From Mayamaea pseudoterrestris (taxonomy: Eukaryota), in contig BROI01000028.1 of the NCBI GenBank assembly GCA_027923505.1, positions 62,001-126,000 on the forward strand: 64,000 bases of DNA, written 5' to 3'. Position 1 is the first letter of the stretch; every line of letters begins with the position of its first letter. Below, one piece after another: positions 12,652 to 25,250 of the stretch. Both the position numbers and the translations under genes were made by a program. The notes under the pieces were generated by a model. That model did not search any database and was not told the DNA's origin. It saw only the letters and a list, made by a program, of their open reading frames with translations.

Positions 12652-13112
12652 CTACATTTTCCCAAAGATTTTCCTGGCAAGCATGAGACCTGACGCCGCA
12701 GCCATGATGCCACCAACGTTATTCGTCATTACGTAGAACACGGCCTTGGTTGTTTCGCCTTTGACTAGCCATGCAACTACATCCGTTGAATATGTTGAGA
12801 AGGTTGTGAATGAGCCACAAAATCCTACTCCAAGCAGCAATTTTTGCCGTGGGATAGTCCCCCAAAGTTAAAGTACGAAACGGGCTTGGAAGCTGGCACA
12901 GTAGAAACTAGTGGAGTACCAGCAACTCCTCCCAGTATGAAGCTACCACCAATGTTGATCGCCGCTGTATGCCATCCCGAGTAGCGGCCGAATCGGTGAG
13001 GATCAGTGGCGATCCATTCCGTTGCGACTTTTCCGGCTTGATGTCGACTCATGGCGCCAAAGAAGGCTCCAACACCAATAGCAACTGCATCTCCAGCGAT
13101 TAGAAGTGTCAT
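12652..13112 (-). CDS. crcB: Fluoride channel Fluc/CrcB family, with a 1-nt frameshift near 12850-12863
   Basis: GAFFGAMSR, TAAINIGGSFILG and GVGFCGSFTTFSTY lie in two different frames. Confidence 0.8.
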
Positions 13113-13355
13113 GGTGAGTGCTTTTGTAGCTCTGATAGTGATGATAGTTCTTTCAAGCGTGCAGTTGTGTTTTCCGGCGATTCGTTGCGTTACATTCATT
13201 TTCGTCAAAACCCTTGCGACACTCGAGTCACGGATTGACTGTCGACCGCGCCGCGGCAATCGACTGCAATAAGCACAGCATACCTTTGATCCCGCCTACC
13301 ATGGCCAAACTAGCATAGCATATGATCATACCAGACATTCGATTGACGCCCCGCT

Positions 13356-15505
13356 ATGGACAAGTCAAATCATGAGACTATTCCTGCTTGCTCGCAAAGG
13401 GTCGAAGCAGCAGCGGCGTCGGACGCTGTCGAAGAACATGAAGCAGACAATCCGCAACCTCGCCCTTTGGCATCAACGAGGCTCAAACGCCTTGACTTTT
13501 GTCGCACAAAACTATTTGTCAGAATCTTTTCAGCTAAATATGGGCCCTGTGAAGTGATTGCTGGTGGCTCTTTCAAAGAATCCTTGACTCTGACGAGAGA
13601 TGTCACGCCGTTTATCAAGACATTGCTCCTCCAAAAACAAGCACTGGAAGGAGGGAAAGAAGACTGTATCGATGGAGATCAACACATGAACAAGCGAAAT
13701 CGCTTGGATGCGTCAGATTCGCGGCATATCTTTTCGCTAGACGCCATTGCTTCGTCCGGAATGAGGCGACGAGAAATTGTTCTGCTGCACGACACTGGCA
13801 TGAACGCTATATTTGGCGATCCATGTCCCGGTATTTCCAAACGTTTGCATATTCAGTACATTCTATCAGAATCGCGTCTCGTTGCAGCAAACGAAAGCGG
13901 ATCTAACAAACTACAAATCGCATCGTTTGCCGAACATGAACGGGTGGTCTTGGTTCGACGAGACGAATTAGGCCGAGCCTTTGACCTAAATGACGAGTTC
14001 AACCGCATGAGCAAGCTTGAAACATCTATGGATAGCGAAAATGCCACGAAAGATCAACCAGAGCCGCATGTACACCAAGCAACCGAAGCAGTTGTCGGAT
14101 CACATCGAGTAAACTCGCTTTCACGCATTTCGCAAGCAGCCATTTTCGAAACTTTCCTGCCTATACTCTTGCCGTATTTGGAAATTCGTGAGCGTGCCCA
14201 ATCACAGCTCGTTTGCAAATTATGGCGAAAGATCCTGCGACAATGGGGTGTTGCAACATCGATTGACTCAACTGACCCAACCCTGACGCGACCGATACTT
14301 CGGGGCATACTCAGCAACTCATTTGCGTCCCTGCAATGTTTGTTTCTAAGTGACTTTATCGCCTTGGAGAAGCAAGACCTTTCGCTTGCGATTCCACACT
14401 TGAAAAAGCTTCGTTATCTCGACGTCAGCCGATGCTGCCTATTGGACGACGGCACTCTGGCGCTCCTGAGTCACCTGTCGGAGACACTGGAAGTTTTGTA
14501 CATTAAGGGGCTGAAACGAGTTACCGATGTTGGTTTGACAGCGTTGGCGCGATCGTGCTACAGACTACGCACACTTGATATCTCTTGCATTCACCAAATT
14601 ACCGATGCATCAGCGATGCAAATTGGCCAACACCTGCCAAACCTTCGAGCTCTATACTTGCGTGACAATTACATGCTCACTAATGAAAGTATTGACGTCA
14701 TTACAAGCAATTGCAAAGAACTGGAGCAATTGACACTTTGGGGTTGCATTTGCATGAAACATCTCACCTTCCGTCGGGACCTGATGTACGTCTCCGCCAT
14801 TGAAAATCTTCAGACACTGAATTTTTGGGGTTGCCATGGATTAACTGACGAAGCTGCCCAAGCGATCGCAGGTATGGCGAATCTGAAGACTCTCATTGCT
14901 GCGGAATGTCACCGGTTCACGGATGCGTTTGTGGTGAGAACAGTGTGCCGAGTTTTTGCGATTCATTCGTCAAAAGTTTCACTAATGTTTACTTCGTCTC
15001 AAACCAGACAGAGGTATCCGCACACGTGCCACAACTTAACCATTTAAACCTCCGCTATTGTCGACTCATCTCTGACAACGCTGTCAATGTTGTCGCCGAG
15101 CGCATGTCACATTTGCATTCCCTCGACGTGAGCTTTTGTCCCAGATTGACGGCGTCGTCCATTTCCAATTTGATATCGCTGCGAGGAGGCACCTTAGCCG
15201 AGCTATCTCTGCGGCAGTGTCGAAACATATGCGAATCACTCTATGGAACCAGAGCTTCGCAACATCGCCACGAATTGACCGCTCTGATGGACCAGCAATC
15301 AGGTCAATCCAGCAACATGGTTTCTCATGCCTTGATAACTCTCGGTCCGCGTTGCAATTTGTCTGTTTTTGATGTGAGATATGAAGGGGGCCAAGCGAAT
15401 GACGCCCTCAACAGTGACTCTCTTGTGAAAACACTTACATCGCTTGGCTTTGTCGAAGCAACGAGGGGATATTTTCATCGACAAACAATGTGGAATTACG
15501 CCTAA
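13356..15505 (+). CDS. F-box/leucine-rich-repeat protein; intron ~14934-15011
   Basis: F-box-like ILLPYL..ERAQSQLVCKLWR followed by Cys-containing LRRs (L..LDIS.C..ITD). Confidence 0.8.
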
Positions 15506-15589
15506 GCAAAGCCGTTGGCTTCGTCCCGGCATCTTTAGGTGCTCTCTTGCTTCATGTGATCGATCGATCGAATTTGGAAAGTCTAAAAT

Positions 15590-18500
15590 CTAATTTAGTT
15601 CCTTTATAAATTTTAATTTAAACTTCGACTTCGGCATGGTCTTTTCGTGCGATATAGACGGCTCAAGCAGTGCCGGAATCGCAGCATCGCGCCTCGTTAT
15701 TTCAGCTGCCGTATAGGCAGCGATAAAAATACCCTCATCCTGCGCCTGATTTCGCAGTGCGATCGCTTCCTTGCATCGAGCGACGGTTGCTGGATCGAAC
15801 AGGCGCTGCCGACTGGGCTCTAAATCCTCCAAGTCCTGGCCGCCAATGCATCGTTTCAGCATAACCGCAAGATCTTCCTCCTTTCCTTGAACGAACTGAA
15901 GGGCAAACTCGTAGCCATCGGCAATGGCGTGCTCGCGCAACAGAGTGTTGTATAGTTCTCTGGCTAAAAGAGCCCCACTTCGGCGAGAAAATCTCTCATT
16001 GTCAAGGCGAATAATGTCAATGGCACATAGAATCAACGCGTCACTATAGCGTGCAACACTCGCAGGGTGCATCTTAGAGATGAGTTCAACAACAAGTGCA
16101 AGCTTTCCTGAACGTAAAAGACCACCTTCTTCGGCAACGAAGAGTGGTCCACCTGTCTTGAGTCGAATATCCATTTCTGCCCACCGTTCATCGTCTGGAA
16201 CGAGAGCATTAGGTTCCTCCTTGCCTTGCGTGAAATAGAGGTGCGTCTCCGAATGGATGGAAGCTCCAACGCTTGGATTTTGCTTTTGCTGCAACATCTG
16301 TGGCGCATCAGTTATGATATCAAGTAATGACTCCAGGTCGCCTTCAACAATCGCTTTGCGCCGAATGGTGAGCGTCAAAGCTTCCGTTAGTTTAATCCTC
16401 TCCTCATTCGTTAAGTCGGAAGCTTCTCCATACCCACAATAGAAAACGCCACCAGCAACGGCTACTCCGACAGCTTGGGCGACTTCCATAAACATATCCG
16501 CAATATTCGCGACAGTTTGAATGGCTGCAAGGTAAACAAACGATTCGGAATCTCCCAGTGCAGTCACGCAAAGTTGCAGGCATTCCCACACAACACCTTT
16601 AAAGGAGCTATCGCTCAGCGACACAGTCCCCGTAGCTTCGACACATGCTGCAGCCAAATGCCTCAGTTGCACAACGGCACGCGCACGAATCGGTGGCTCC
16701 GGCGATTGTAGGTCATGTTCGATCGCCGAAACTAATGAGGTATCGTCCTTTCCAGTCTTCAAATTAATTTCCGATTTCGTACTATCCGATGCTTGACGTG
16801 CGACGACAAGAGCAAGCGCGTGGCTTGCAAGTTCCGCAAGCTTTGACGAAGACTCTACTGGCAGAGCATCTGAAAGCTTGTCGTCGTTTTGTTGTTGACT
16901 AGCGCAGGCCAAAACGCCAAGAGGGTTCACAAAAGATTGCAGTAATTGCTCATCTTGATCGGTCCGTCGATCCGCTCCTAGTTCAAGCATACCAATGAGT
17001 AGACTCAGCAAGATTGTACAAACGGAAGTAACGTAATTGCCATCAGCATGAATCGCAAATGCACTTGAATCATCTAATAAATTAGATTTCGTTCGATTTG
17101 CATAGTTTTGAAACGTATCAAACGCCTCGTTCATTCGTTCCATACAGCGAGATAGGATGTCCAGCTCTGCGCTAATCACTTCGCTTGATTCTTGCTGTGA
17201 GAATTTACAAGCCGCGGCATCGAAAACAACTTTCATCATCTCGAGAATTGTCGCGTCTCCAGCGAGAAGGGACTCAAGCGGCAGCGACTCGCATAGCAAT
17301 GGCAAGAGCACCATTGATATCAATCTGCATGATGCGCTGCGGAATGCTGGTGACATATGAGATTGCATCTCTTTCTCCTCTGACATGAAGTAGACGGTCA
17401 GTGAGAGCAGAAACAAACCCGACACCCAATCAGTGATTCGCCTGTCGTTGTTGTTAGCAGCTCCTGCTTCAATCGCTATCATTGTGCTTAATACATCCAC
17501 CAATATTTTAGAGCGCTCCTCAATCAACTTGACCATGGCCTCGAGCGGCAGCGTTTCGTCAAGGTTTCGTATTGTAATATACTCAATAACATCGTCACTT
17601 TGCCCCGACGTCTCTATGTCAAGCTGATTCCCAGCAATATCCCACTCGTTGATATGTGCAGAAACAATTGCCACAATCAGAACGTCGTTCATTATAACAT
17701 GCTTGTCAAGACCAAGCAAGGAACGCATCATAAGTTCTAACGTAAGCTGTGCATTGTGTTTCACCGTTAAATGCAGGATGGAAGGTATGGCTGCGACGCG
17801 AAGTGACAAGTCAAAAACGCTAAGCGAGTCGACTCCCGTTGCTGGCCGAAACAATAATAGCGCAAGCACATTCGGTTGGACAAAAGGAGGGATGTGTGTC
17901 AAAAGCGCACCGAATCTGAGAATGATGGACGCGTAGCATCCGCCGCAGCAGAGGCCTTCCATCACCGCAGGCAAATGATCGGGTAGTAGCAAATTTATCA
18001 TGGACCAAATCGTTTCAAGTTTGAACCTTTGCGCCTCGCCGAGACCTTGCTCATGTTCCTCGTACTCGTCCAACAAACTGCCCATTTCCGAGCAAATGCT
18101 TTTGATCTTGTCAGTAGCAGACTCTGCAGACTTCATTGGCACCATGAGCGCTCCCGTTCCGGCAATAACGGCGCGGGCCAGTCGCATGGCGGCGGCCCCG
18201 TCACCTTGAAAGATTTTGAGCAGTACACGCAGCGGCAAGCTGGACAAGCGAGGAGCCACCTTGTGTCGCAACCAAGCGGGTGCAGCCATGCCTTGCGCAA
18301 GGAGCGTCTGATAGGTTCGTGCAATGAGCGCTTGGTCAATGATGCAAGTAGATGCGCCTTCCGACGGTGCATCGTCCAACCCAAGCTGACCAAGTGTAGA
18401 TTGCCATGTTGAATCGTATTGGAGCTGCAATGCATTGTCACTTTCACTCCGCAGCTGTCGCAGATTATCCTCCACCTGAAGAATGGCCGCGTAAATGTGA

Positions 18501-19252
18501 CTCAAATGCCGCGGCAATAACATGGGGCGAAATCGATCCAGTAGAATGACTTGTGCAAGTAACATTGTCGTCTCCTTTAGCTCCAAAGTGCTGGCAGTAC
18601 ACTTGCCATTTTCATCGTAGGGCTCCGTGACATCACTGTCACGCATCCACCAAACTAGACTCTTGGGTGGAATGCGTCCCTTGAGCGCATTGGGAAGAGT
18701 GCGGGCGTAGGTCTTTGGAGCATGCAGGATGTGATCGTCAACGAGCGGCAATATCGCAGTTGCCACTGTCAGTTCCAACAGGCAGGCAATGTCAGTATAG
18801 TTTCGAAGCGAAAGAAGCAAGCCAGGCGGTGGCACGACTGGTTTCTTGACCTTCTCTTGGGTATCTGTTGATTGCTGAAGAAGTTCTTGGCTTGATGATT
18901 CATTGTCCAGTGCTTGGTAGCACCGCCAGAGTGCCTGCAACAGAGGCAGCAGAACCTGCCGCACAAAAAGACTTCGTTCGCTCGCAGCTGGACTTTGTAA
19001 GATAAATTGGTTTTCTGATAATATTGATTTGTTATTCGTCGCTGCTGCAAGTTTGTGACAAGTCGTATGTATGGCTTGCACTAAGCCTTGCGTTTCCATT
19101 TGACTGTAGAGTGGAAATTGAAACGGATTTTCCTTGGATGCGATTGCAAACGCAGGAGTCTGTCGCACACTCTGAATGACATTTTCAATGCGCTGCACCA
19201 CTTCCTCCGCAAGACTTGCAAGTGATTGTTGCTGCGTTTGATGATTCGTCAT
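15590..19252 (-). CDS. TANGO6/Rtp1-like HEAT/ARM protein
   Basis: 1220-aa ORF; DLQSPEPPIRARAVVQLRHL and LGDSESFVYLAAI resemble the RTP1 C1 region. Confidence 0.6.
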   Translation of the reverse strand: MTNHQTQQQSLASLAEEVVQRIENVIQSVRQTPAFAIASKENPFQFPLYSQMETQGLVQAIHTTCHKLAAATNNKSILSENQFILQSPAASERSLFVRQVLLPLLQALWRCYQALDNESSSQELLQQSTDTQEKVKKPVVPPPGLLLSLRNYTDIACLLELTVATAILPLVDDHILHAPKTYARTLPNALKGRIPPKSLVWWMRDSDVTEPYDENGKCTASTLELKETTMLLAQVILLDRFRPMLLPRHLSHIYAAILQVEDNLRQLRSESDNALQLQYDSTWQSTLGQLGLDDAPSEGASTCIIDQALIARTYQTLLAQGMAAPAWLRHKVAPRLSSLPLRVLLKIFQGDGAAAMRLARAVIAGTGALMVPMKSAESATDKIKSICSEMGSLLDEYEEHEQGLGEAQRFKLETIWSMINLLLPDHLPAVMEGLCCGGCYASIILRFGALLTHIPPFVQPNVLALLLFRPATGVDSLSVFDLSLRVAAIPSILHLTVKHNAQLTLELMMRSLLGLDKHVIMNDVLIVAIVSAHINEWDIAGNQLDIETSGQSDDVIEYITIRNLDETLPLEAMVKLIEERSKILVDVLSTMIAIEAGAANNNDRRITDWVSGLFLLSLTVYFMSEEKEMQSHMSPAFRSASCRLISMVLLPLLCESLPLESLLAGDATILEMMKVVFDAAACKFSQQESSEVISAELDILSRCMERMNEAFDTFQNYANRTKSNLLDDSSAFAIHADGNYVTSVCTILLSLLIGMLELGADRRTDQDEQLLQSFVNPLGVLACASQQQNDDKLSDALPVESSSKLAELASHALALVVARQASDSTKSEINLKTGKDDTSLVSAIEHDLQSPEPPIRARAVVQLRHLAAACVEATGTVSLSDSSFKGVVWECLQLCVTALGDSESFVYLAAIQTVANIADMFMEVAQAVGVAVAGGVFYCGYGEASDLTNEERIKLTEALTLTIRRKAIVEGDLESLLDIITDAPQMLQQKQNPSVGASIHSETHLYFTQGKEEPNALVPDDERWAEMDIRLKTGGPLFVAEEGGLLRSGKLALVVELISKMHPASVARYSDALILCAIDIIRLDNERFSRRSGALLARELYNTLLREHAIADGYEFALQFVQGKEEDLAVMLKRCIGGQDLEDLEPSRQRLFDPATVARCKEAIALRNQAQDEGIFIAAYTAAEITRRDAAIPALLEPSISHEKTMPKSKFKLKFIKELN

Positions 19253-19765
19253 GGTCGTCGTCTCAATGAATGAGCGAACGCTGCGTATCGCGTATGTTCA
19301 TGGCCGAAAATGGACGAGGAAGCGAAACGTGTGGTGAGTCATGATGTGACAGAGTGACGTTCGTAATTAGTCTTGCTACGACAGTAGGACGTTTTCTATC
19401 GAAAAGAAGTAGCGCCGGCACCAAAGAACACTCAATGACGCTCGCAAAGCACAACATATCGATGCATATTACAGAGCTTACGACCTCCGCAGAGTATCAG
19501 AACGCATTCATCGGTTTGCTTCCCGAGTTTCTTCCGCACTGTTGCCGATCCTTTGAGCAGCCGGCCGATCCGCCAATGGGGCCCGCCTTTTGGTATAGGT
19601 GAAGCTTGGTGTCTTTCGCCATTCTATTCGTCGAGAGCCATTCATCGTTGGCCGCAAGCAAAAGCAGCAAGAGCCACGGCAAGCTCCATCTCCATCCACT
19701 CCTTCTCCCACACAAAAAGTTTTGATTCTATCTTCCATCACAACTCTAGCTTCTCCTTGTACATC

Positions 19766-22700
19766 ATGAAGTTTCTACTTTGCGCCCTCGTCGCCTTGTT
19801 CATACACGAGCATGATACAGCATCTGCCTTTGTCGTGCCGACAAGTAAAAGCTACTGCAGCATCAAATCTTTCTCGACGACTACACTTGGCGCAACTCAA
19901 GACGCCGCCAAGAAGCGCATCGTTGTCATTGGCAATGGCATGGTGGGTCAGCGATTCATGGTAAACATCATCAAGCTCGACAAGACCAACGATTGCCAGT
20001 TGTACACCTTTTGCGAGGAACCACGGGCCGCCTACAATCGCGTCAAACTCACCAGCTACTTTGACACCAAGGATCCATCCGCACTCAGCATGACCAGCGA
20101 CTTTCTCAGAGACGGCAAGACGACGTGGTACGAGGAAAACAATGTGGAACTCTTGATTGGCGAAAAGGCGGTCAAGGTTGATTCCGAACAGAAGGTGGTC
20201 GTTGGACAGTCTGGGAATGAGATCCCGTACGACGCCATTGTGTTTGCCACTGGATCGTACCCATTTGTTCCGCCCATTCCTGGTCGTCAGCGGCCCGGAG
20301 TGTTTGTCTACCGAACTATTGAAGATTTGGAAAATATGCTGGACTATGTCGAAAAACATAACGTCAAGAGTGCGGCAGTGATTGGAGGTGGATTGCTTGG
20401 TTTGGAAGCTGCCAAGGTAAGTTTCATGAGTGATTTTCATTGCGTGAATGCAAATTACTTATGCACACTTGGCTAAGCATGCCTCGTTACTTTATCTCGT
20501 AGGCCGCCAAGGACATGGGCCTAGAAAGTCACATTATCGAGTTTGCACCCATTCTCATGTGTCGGCAGATTGATCAGGGCGGGCACAATGCCCTCGTCGG
20601 CAAGATTGAAGAAATGGGACTCAAGGTTCACTGCGGCGCCAAAACGGAAGCGTTTGTTGGCGTTGACGGAAGCATTGACAATGAAAGCATGTCCCCAGTC
20701 TCCGCGCTTCGGTTTAGTAACGAAGGCTGGGATGATTTACCAGTACAAATGGTCATTGTTTCGGCTGGCATCAAGCCACGAGACGAGCTGGCCAAAGATT
20801 CTGGAGTGGCCCTGGGTGAACGCGGCGGAATTGTCGTGGACGAGCAGATGCGTACCAGCGAAAGTGGTGTCTACGCCATTGGCGAATGCGCTCTTTACAA
20901 CAATTTTATATACGGACTCATTGCTCCGGGATACGTCATGGCGGATGTTGCGGCAAAATGCGTGGCACAGGATCTTGGCGTATTGCCAGTCGATGCGCCC
21001 GAATCGCTTCCTGCCTTTACTGGTGCAGACATGAGCACCAAGCTCAAGCTTCTTGGCTGCGATGTGGCGTCCTTTGGCGTCAATCAGCCAGGTCCGGAGG
21101 ATACTGATGTGTCAGAGCTAGCCTGGAATGATCCGGTGCAAGGAGTTTATCGCAAATTAATTTTCAATAAGGCGGGCGACAGACTCCGTGGTGGAATATT
21201 AGTAGGCGACGCCGCAGACTACGATGTTCTTCATAAGCTTACCACACAAGCAGTCCAAGAGCTTCCCGAAGGCGGTGCTGCTGCTCTCCTGCCTCCTCAA
21301 TCTGCACGCGGTGGCGGCGTTGTAGCTGATACTGGCATATCCGATGATCCAAACACTCAAGTCTGCTCCTGTAACGATGTTACTCGAGGAACCATTGCTG
21401 CCAAAATCCAAGAACTTGGCGTTGATGGAGCCACTCTGGCGGCCATAAAGAAGTGCACACGAGCTGGAACTGGTTGCGGTGGATGCGAGCCACAGGTAAA
21501 GGCTGTGCTTAAGCAAGAAATCGAAAAGCTTGGAGGCGCCGTCACGAACCACTTGTGTGAGCATTTTGCATACTCGCGCCCAGAACTCATGGCGCTTGTC
21601 AGGACAGCAGCCGATCCAGAGACAGTGAACTCGTTTGAAAAGATTCTTGCCAAGCATGGGTCTGGCGATGGCTGCGAAATTTGCAAACCGACCGTGGGCT
21701 CGATTCTCGCGTCCGTTTATAATGGAATTATTCTCGATGAAGGACGCGACGCGCTGCAGGACACCAATGACCGAGCACTGGCAAACATGCAACGAGGAGG
21801 ATCCTACTCGGTTGTGCCTCGCGTCCCTGGTGGCGAGCTTACGCCACGACAGCTCATTGTCCTTGGTCAGGTTGCCGAGAAGTATAACCTTTACACGAAG
21901 ATTACTGGAGGACAGCGCATCGACCTCTTTGGCGCTGCCAAGCATGAACTGCCAGACATATGGGAGGAACTTGGCACCGCCGGTTTCGAGTCAGGCCATG
22001 CGTACGGCAAGGCGCTTCGTACCGTCAAGTCATGTGTTGGCTCAACTTGGTGCCGTTATGGAGTCCAGGACTCAGTTTCATTCGCCATTGAGGTCGAGAA
22101 CCGATACAAGGGCATTCGATCCCCACACAAGCTCAAGGGTGGTGTCTCTGGTTGCGTTCGCGAGTGTGCAGAAGCGCAAGGCAAAGATTTTGGCCTCATT
22201 GCCACGGAGAATGGTTACAATTTATACGTTGGCGGCAATGGAGCATCCAGTCCGGTACACGCGGAGCTTCTTGCTGCCGACATTGACACCGAGACGACTG
22301 TCAAGTACCTTGATCGCTATCTGATGTATTACATTCTAACCGCCGAACGTTTGGAACGAACTGCCGTGTGGCAAAAGAAGCTACCTGGAGGTAAGAACGG
22401 CGGCGGCCCAATTCAGCACTTGAAGGAGGTCATCATTGAAGACTCGCTCGGCATTTGCAGTGAGCTTGACGCTCGCATGCAGCACTTGGTCGACACGTAC
22501 CATGACGAATGGGTACGTTTTGCTTGCTTTTTGGCTGTTTTTGTCATTATTCGCACATTGTTCTCACCTGCTCATTTCTCCTCATTCATTAGGCTGAAGT
22601 CGTCAAGGACCCTGCCCGTCGGGCGCAATTCAAGCAGTTTGTAAATTCGGACGAAACGATTGACAAGGACGAAATGATTGAGTTCGTCGACATGCGCGGC

Positions 22701-23300
22701 CAGCTCCGACCCGCCGACTGGGCCAAGGATGGCGAAGCGCAAACAAACTGGCAGGCACCCAGCAATGACGTCTTCGCCATGTCAAGCAAGTCATGGATCG
22801 CTGTTGGTTCCGTTACCGACTTTGCACCAAACGTTGGCTCGCCCATTTTGTATGGCGACACGCAACTTGCCGTCTTTAACAATGCACAAAGAGATGAATG
22901 GTATTGCACGCAAAACATGTGTCCACATAAACAAGCTTTTGTCTTATCGCAAGGAATCATTGGAGATGCCAGTGGCGTCGCCAAGGTTGCCTGCCCACTG
23001 CACAAGAAGAGCTTTGCACTAGAAAGTGGCGAGGAGATTGGAGTTGACAGCGGAACCGGCCTCAATCTGATGACGTTTCCCGTCAAGATAGTCAATGACC
23101 AAGTCATGGTGGAACTTCCCGCAGTCCCAGAAGTTGACGCGATCCTTGGAACCCATGGGCTACGCGTCAAGGCAAGCAGCTGCGTGGATATTGCGGCGGA
23201 TGCTCTCAAGGTTCCACTGTCCGGTAGCAAGCGATCAAATAGCATCCGACAAGAGTCCATGGCGCTACGCGCGCAGACCAACACTACGTCAATGGAGTAA
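19766..23300 (+). CDS. nirB: NAD(P)H-dependent nitrite reductase, NirB-NirD fusion, plastid-targeted; introns 20417-20502 and 22513-22592
   Basis: ASAFVV presequence, IGNGMVG, IGGGLLGLEAA, BFD-like CSCN..GTGCGGC, siroheme KSCVGSTWC/SGCVREC, and Rieske NMCPHK..ACPLHK. Confidence 0.95.
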
Positions 23301-23460
23301 GCGTGATACGGAAGAAACAAGGCAGCATTTGGTTGCTGAAACAATTTTTTAGATAACATTTTTAGCATTTTGTTGAATTTTAATCATGGTCTGAACGACA
23401 GCAAGTGCTACATGAGCACCCATAACTTAAAAAACAGCCTTGTTAAGTTCACATGTTACG

Positions 23461-23970
23461 TTATCGTTGCTTGCCATGCACTGGAACATCGTTTGTCGTC
23501 GTGGCAAGGTAAAGGAGCGCCAGTGGAAACAAGAGGTACGGTAGATAGACGGAAAGAATCAGCATCCTTTCCATCAACGTTGCAACTGGGTTGGTCGCCA
23601 GTGTCGCCAAGATGGGAACCATGGTGGTTGCCGTATGGGACGAGTAGGCAATTGAAGCGTATCGAAAGGATTCTGGATAATTCACCAAATCCCTACGCCT
23701 CAAGTAGCTGCACGCGACTAGAAAATAGGGAACTTGAAACAAGAGCTCGCATAAAATCAAGGAGCGGAACCACAGTATTTCTTGAAACTTGGACATGAGC
23801 GGGTCGTTCAAAGTGCTTGCATACCACGACAACAGTCGCTGCAGTGAGTCTGGAACGAGCGACGACGAAAGGACTGCTTGCGCATCGATGACGAGGGATG
23901 CAACAATGTGACTCGCAAAGAAAACTAAAAAGCTGATTCTTGTAGTGCCTTGTAAAGCCTTCATCATGGT
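23461..23970 (-). CDS. TMEM97/EXPERA-domain membrane protein
   Basis: FFASHI..IDAQ, DPLM, WFRSLILCELLFQVPYF, YSSHTATT and YLPYLLFP. Confidence 0.85.
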   Translation of the reverse strand, partial: TMMKALQGTTRISFLVFFASHIVASLVIDAQAVLSSSLVPDSLQRLLSWYASTLNDPLMSKFQEILWFRSLILCELLFQVPYFLVACSYLRRRDLVNYPESFRYASIAYSSHTATTMVPILATLATNPVATLMERMLILSVYLPYLLFPLALLYLATTTNDVPVHGKQR

Positions 23971-24039
23971 TGACTGAAGTGTGACAGTGTTCAAACTTTA
24001 AACGTCGTGATCATGGTGGTGGAAATCAATCAACGATGC

Positions 24040-24348
24040 GGCGTCGTTTTCACTGGCACTCGTTTCGTACTATTGCCTTCTGATGCAGTTTTCACTGGCA
24101 CTCATTTCATACTATTGCCTCGTGACGCAGTTTTCACTGGCACTTGTTTCACAATACCATTCAGTGACGCAGTTTTCACTGGCACTCGTTTCACAATATT
24201 GCCTAATGACGCAGTTTTCACTGGCACTTGTTTTAGCGTATTGGAATGTGACGCAGTTTTCACTGGCACTCGTTTCATACTATTGCCTCGTGACGTAATT
24301 GACACTGGCACTCGTTTCATACTATTGCCTTTTGACGTTGTTTTCACT
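24040..24348. repeat. 42-bp minisatellite, ~7.3 copies (core TGACGCAGTTTTCACTGGCACTCGTTT)
   Basis: Direct inspection; it lies between divergently transcribed genes. Confidence 0.95.
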
Positions 24349-24440
24349 TTTCCCAGCAGACGAATGTGGCGCTTGGCGCCGCTTCACGGACTCACCAATT
24401 GACTATCATCTCATCATATCATTATTATCCTTTGAGTACC

Positions 24441-25158
24441 ATGACTGTTTCCGTTGCTTCTAAAACTAGCAAGCCTTTTCTATTCAAGTCAAGTCGAGCG
24501 CTCTCTGGCGTGTCGGGGAAAATTTGGAATGTTTATCTATCTGGTGAGTCGAAAGAAGGTCTTTCTTGCTGCTTGTTGCAGGCCAGCGCTTGCCGAATTA
24601 CAACAGGATGATAAGGAAACATTCACCATTTCATTTGTTAAATCATTCTTCTCTTTGTATCCAGGCGAAATCCATTCCGACTGGCGCGAAGTTATCTCCA
24701 AGGGCATCCAAGAACGCGATCTTCCAGTCATCCTCACATCACCCAACACGTCACACGAAGACAGCGACGACTGCGCAGCCATTATACAAGGCATGCAGCA
24801 GGAGCGACCAAACTGGGATCAGCAGTCAGCGTTAATGAATCAAATTCGCACCAAGACGCTGCTGCAGAATGCCGATGTTGTGGTAGTACGCTTTGGCGAA
24901 AAGTATCGACAATGGAATGCAGCATTTGATGCTGGATATGCGAGTGCAATGGGCAAGCCATTAATTACATTGCATCCGCCAGCACTTAGTCACATGCTCA
25001 AGGAAGTGAATGCATCAGCGAATGTAGTGTGTGAGGGACCTGAACAAGTTGTTCAAACACTCGCATATGTGATTTGTGGTGAGCTGCCACCGCCAAAAGA
25101 TGGCGAAAAGTTTGTTCCAATTGCGGATCGACTCGGAAAGGGCAATCCAAATCCATAG
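24441..25158 (+). CDS. YtoQ-family protein (nucleoside deoxyribosyltransferase-like fold); intron 24544-24664
   Basis: VYLSG|EIHSDWRE, HEDSDDC, VVRFGEKYRQWNAAFDAGYA and HMLKEV. Confidence 0.85.
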
Positions 25159-25250
25159 ACATGAGCGCAGTAATGTAAAACAATGCTTAAAGTATGTATA
25201 TTACCTTTTACTCAGGAACGGCATGTCGATACAAACAAGAGAAATCAACA

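Noticed and set aside
24040..24348. CRISPR array
   Set aside because: The variable parts are only ~15 bp and related to each other (two are identical), there are no cas genes, and the context is eukaryotic.
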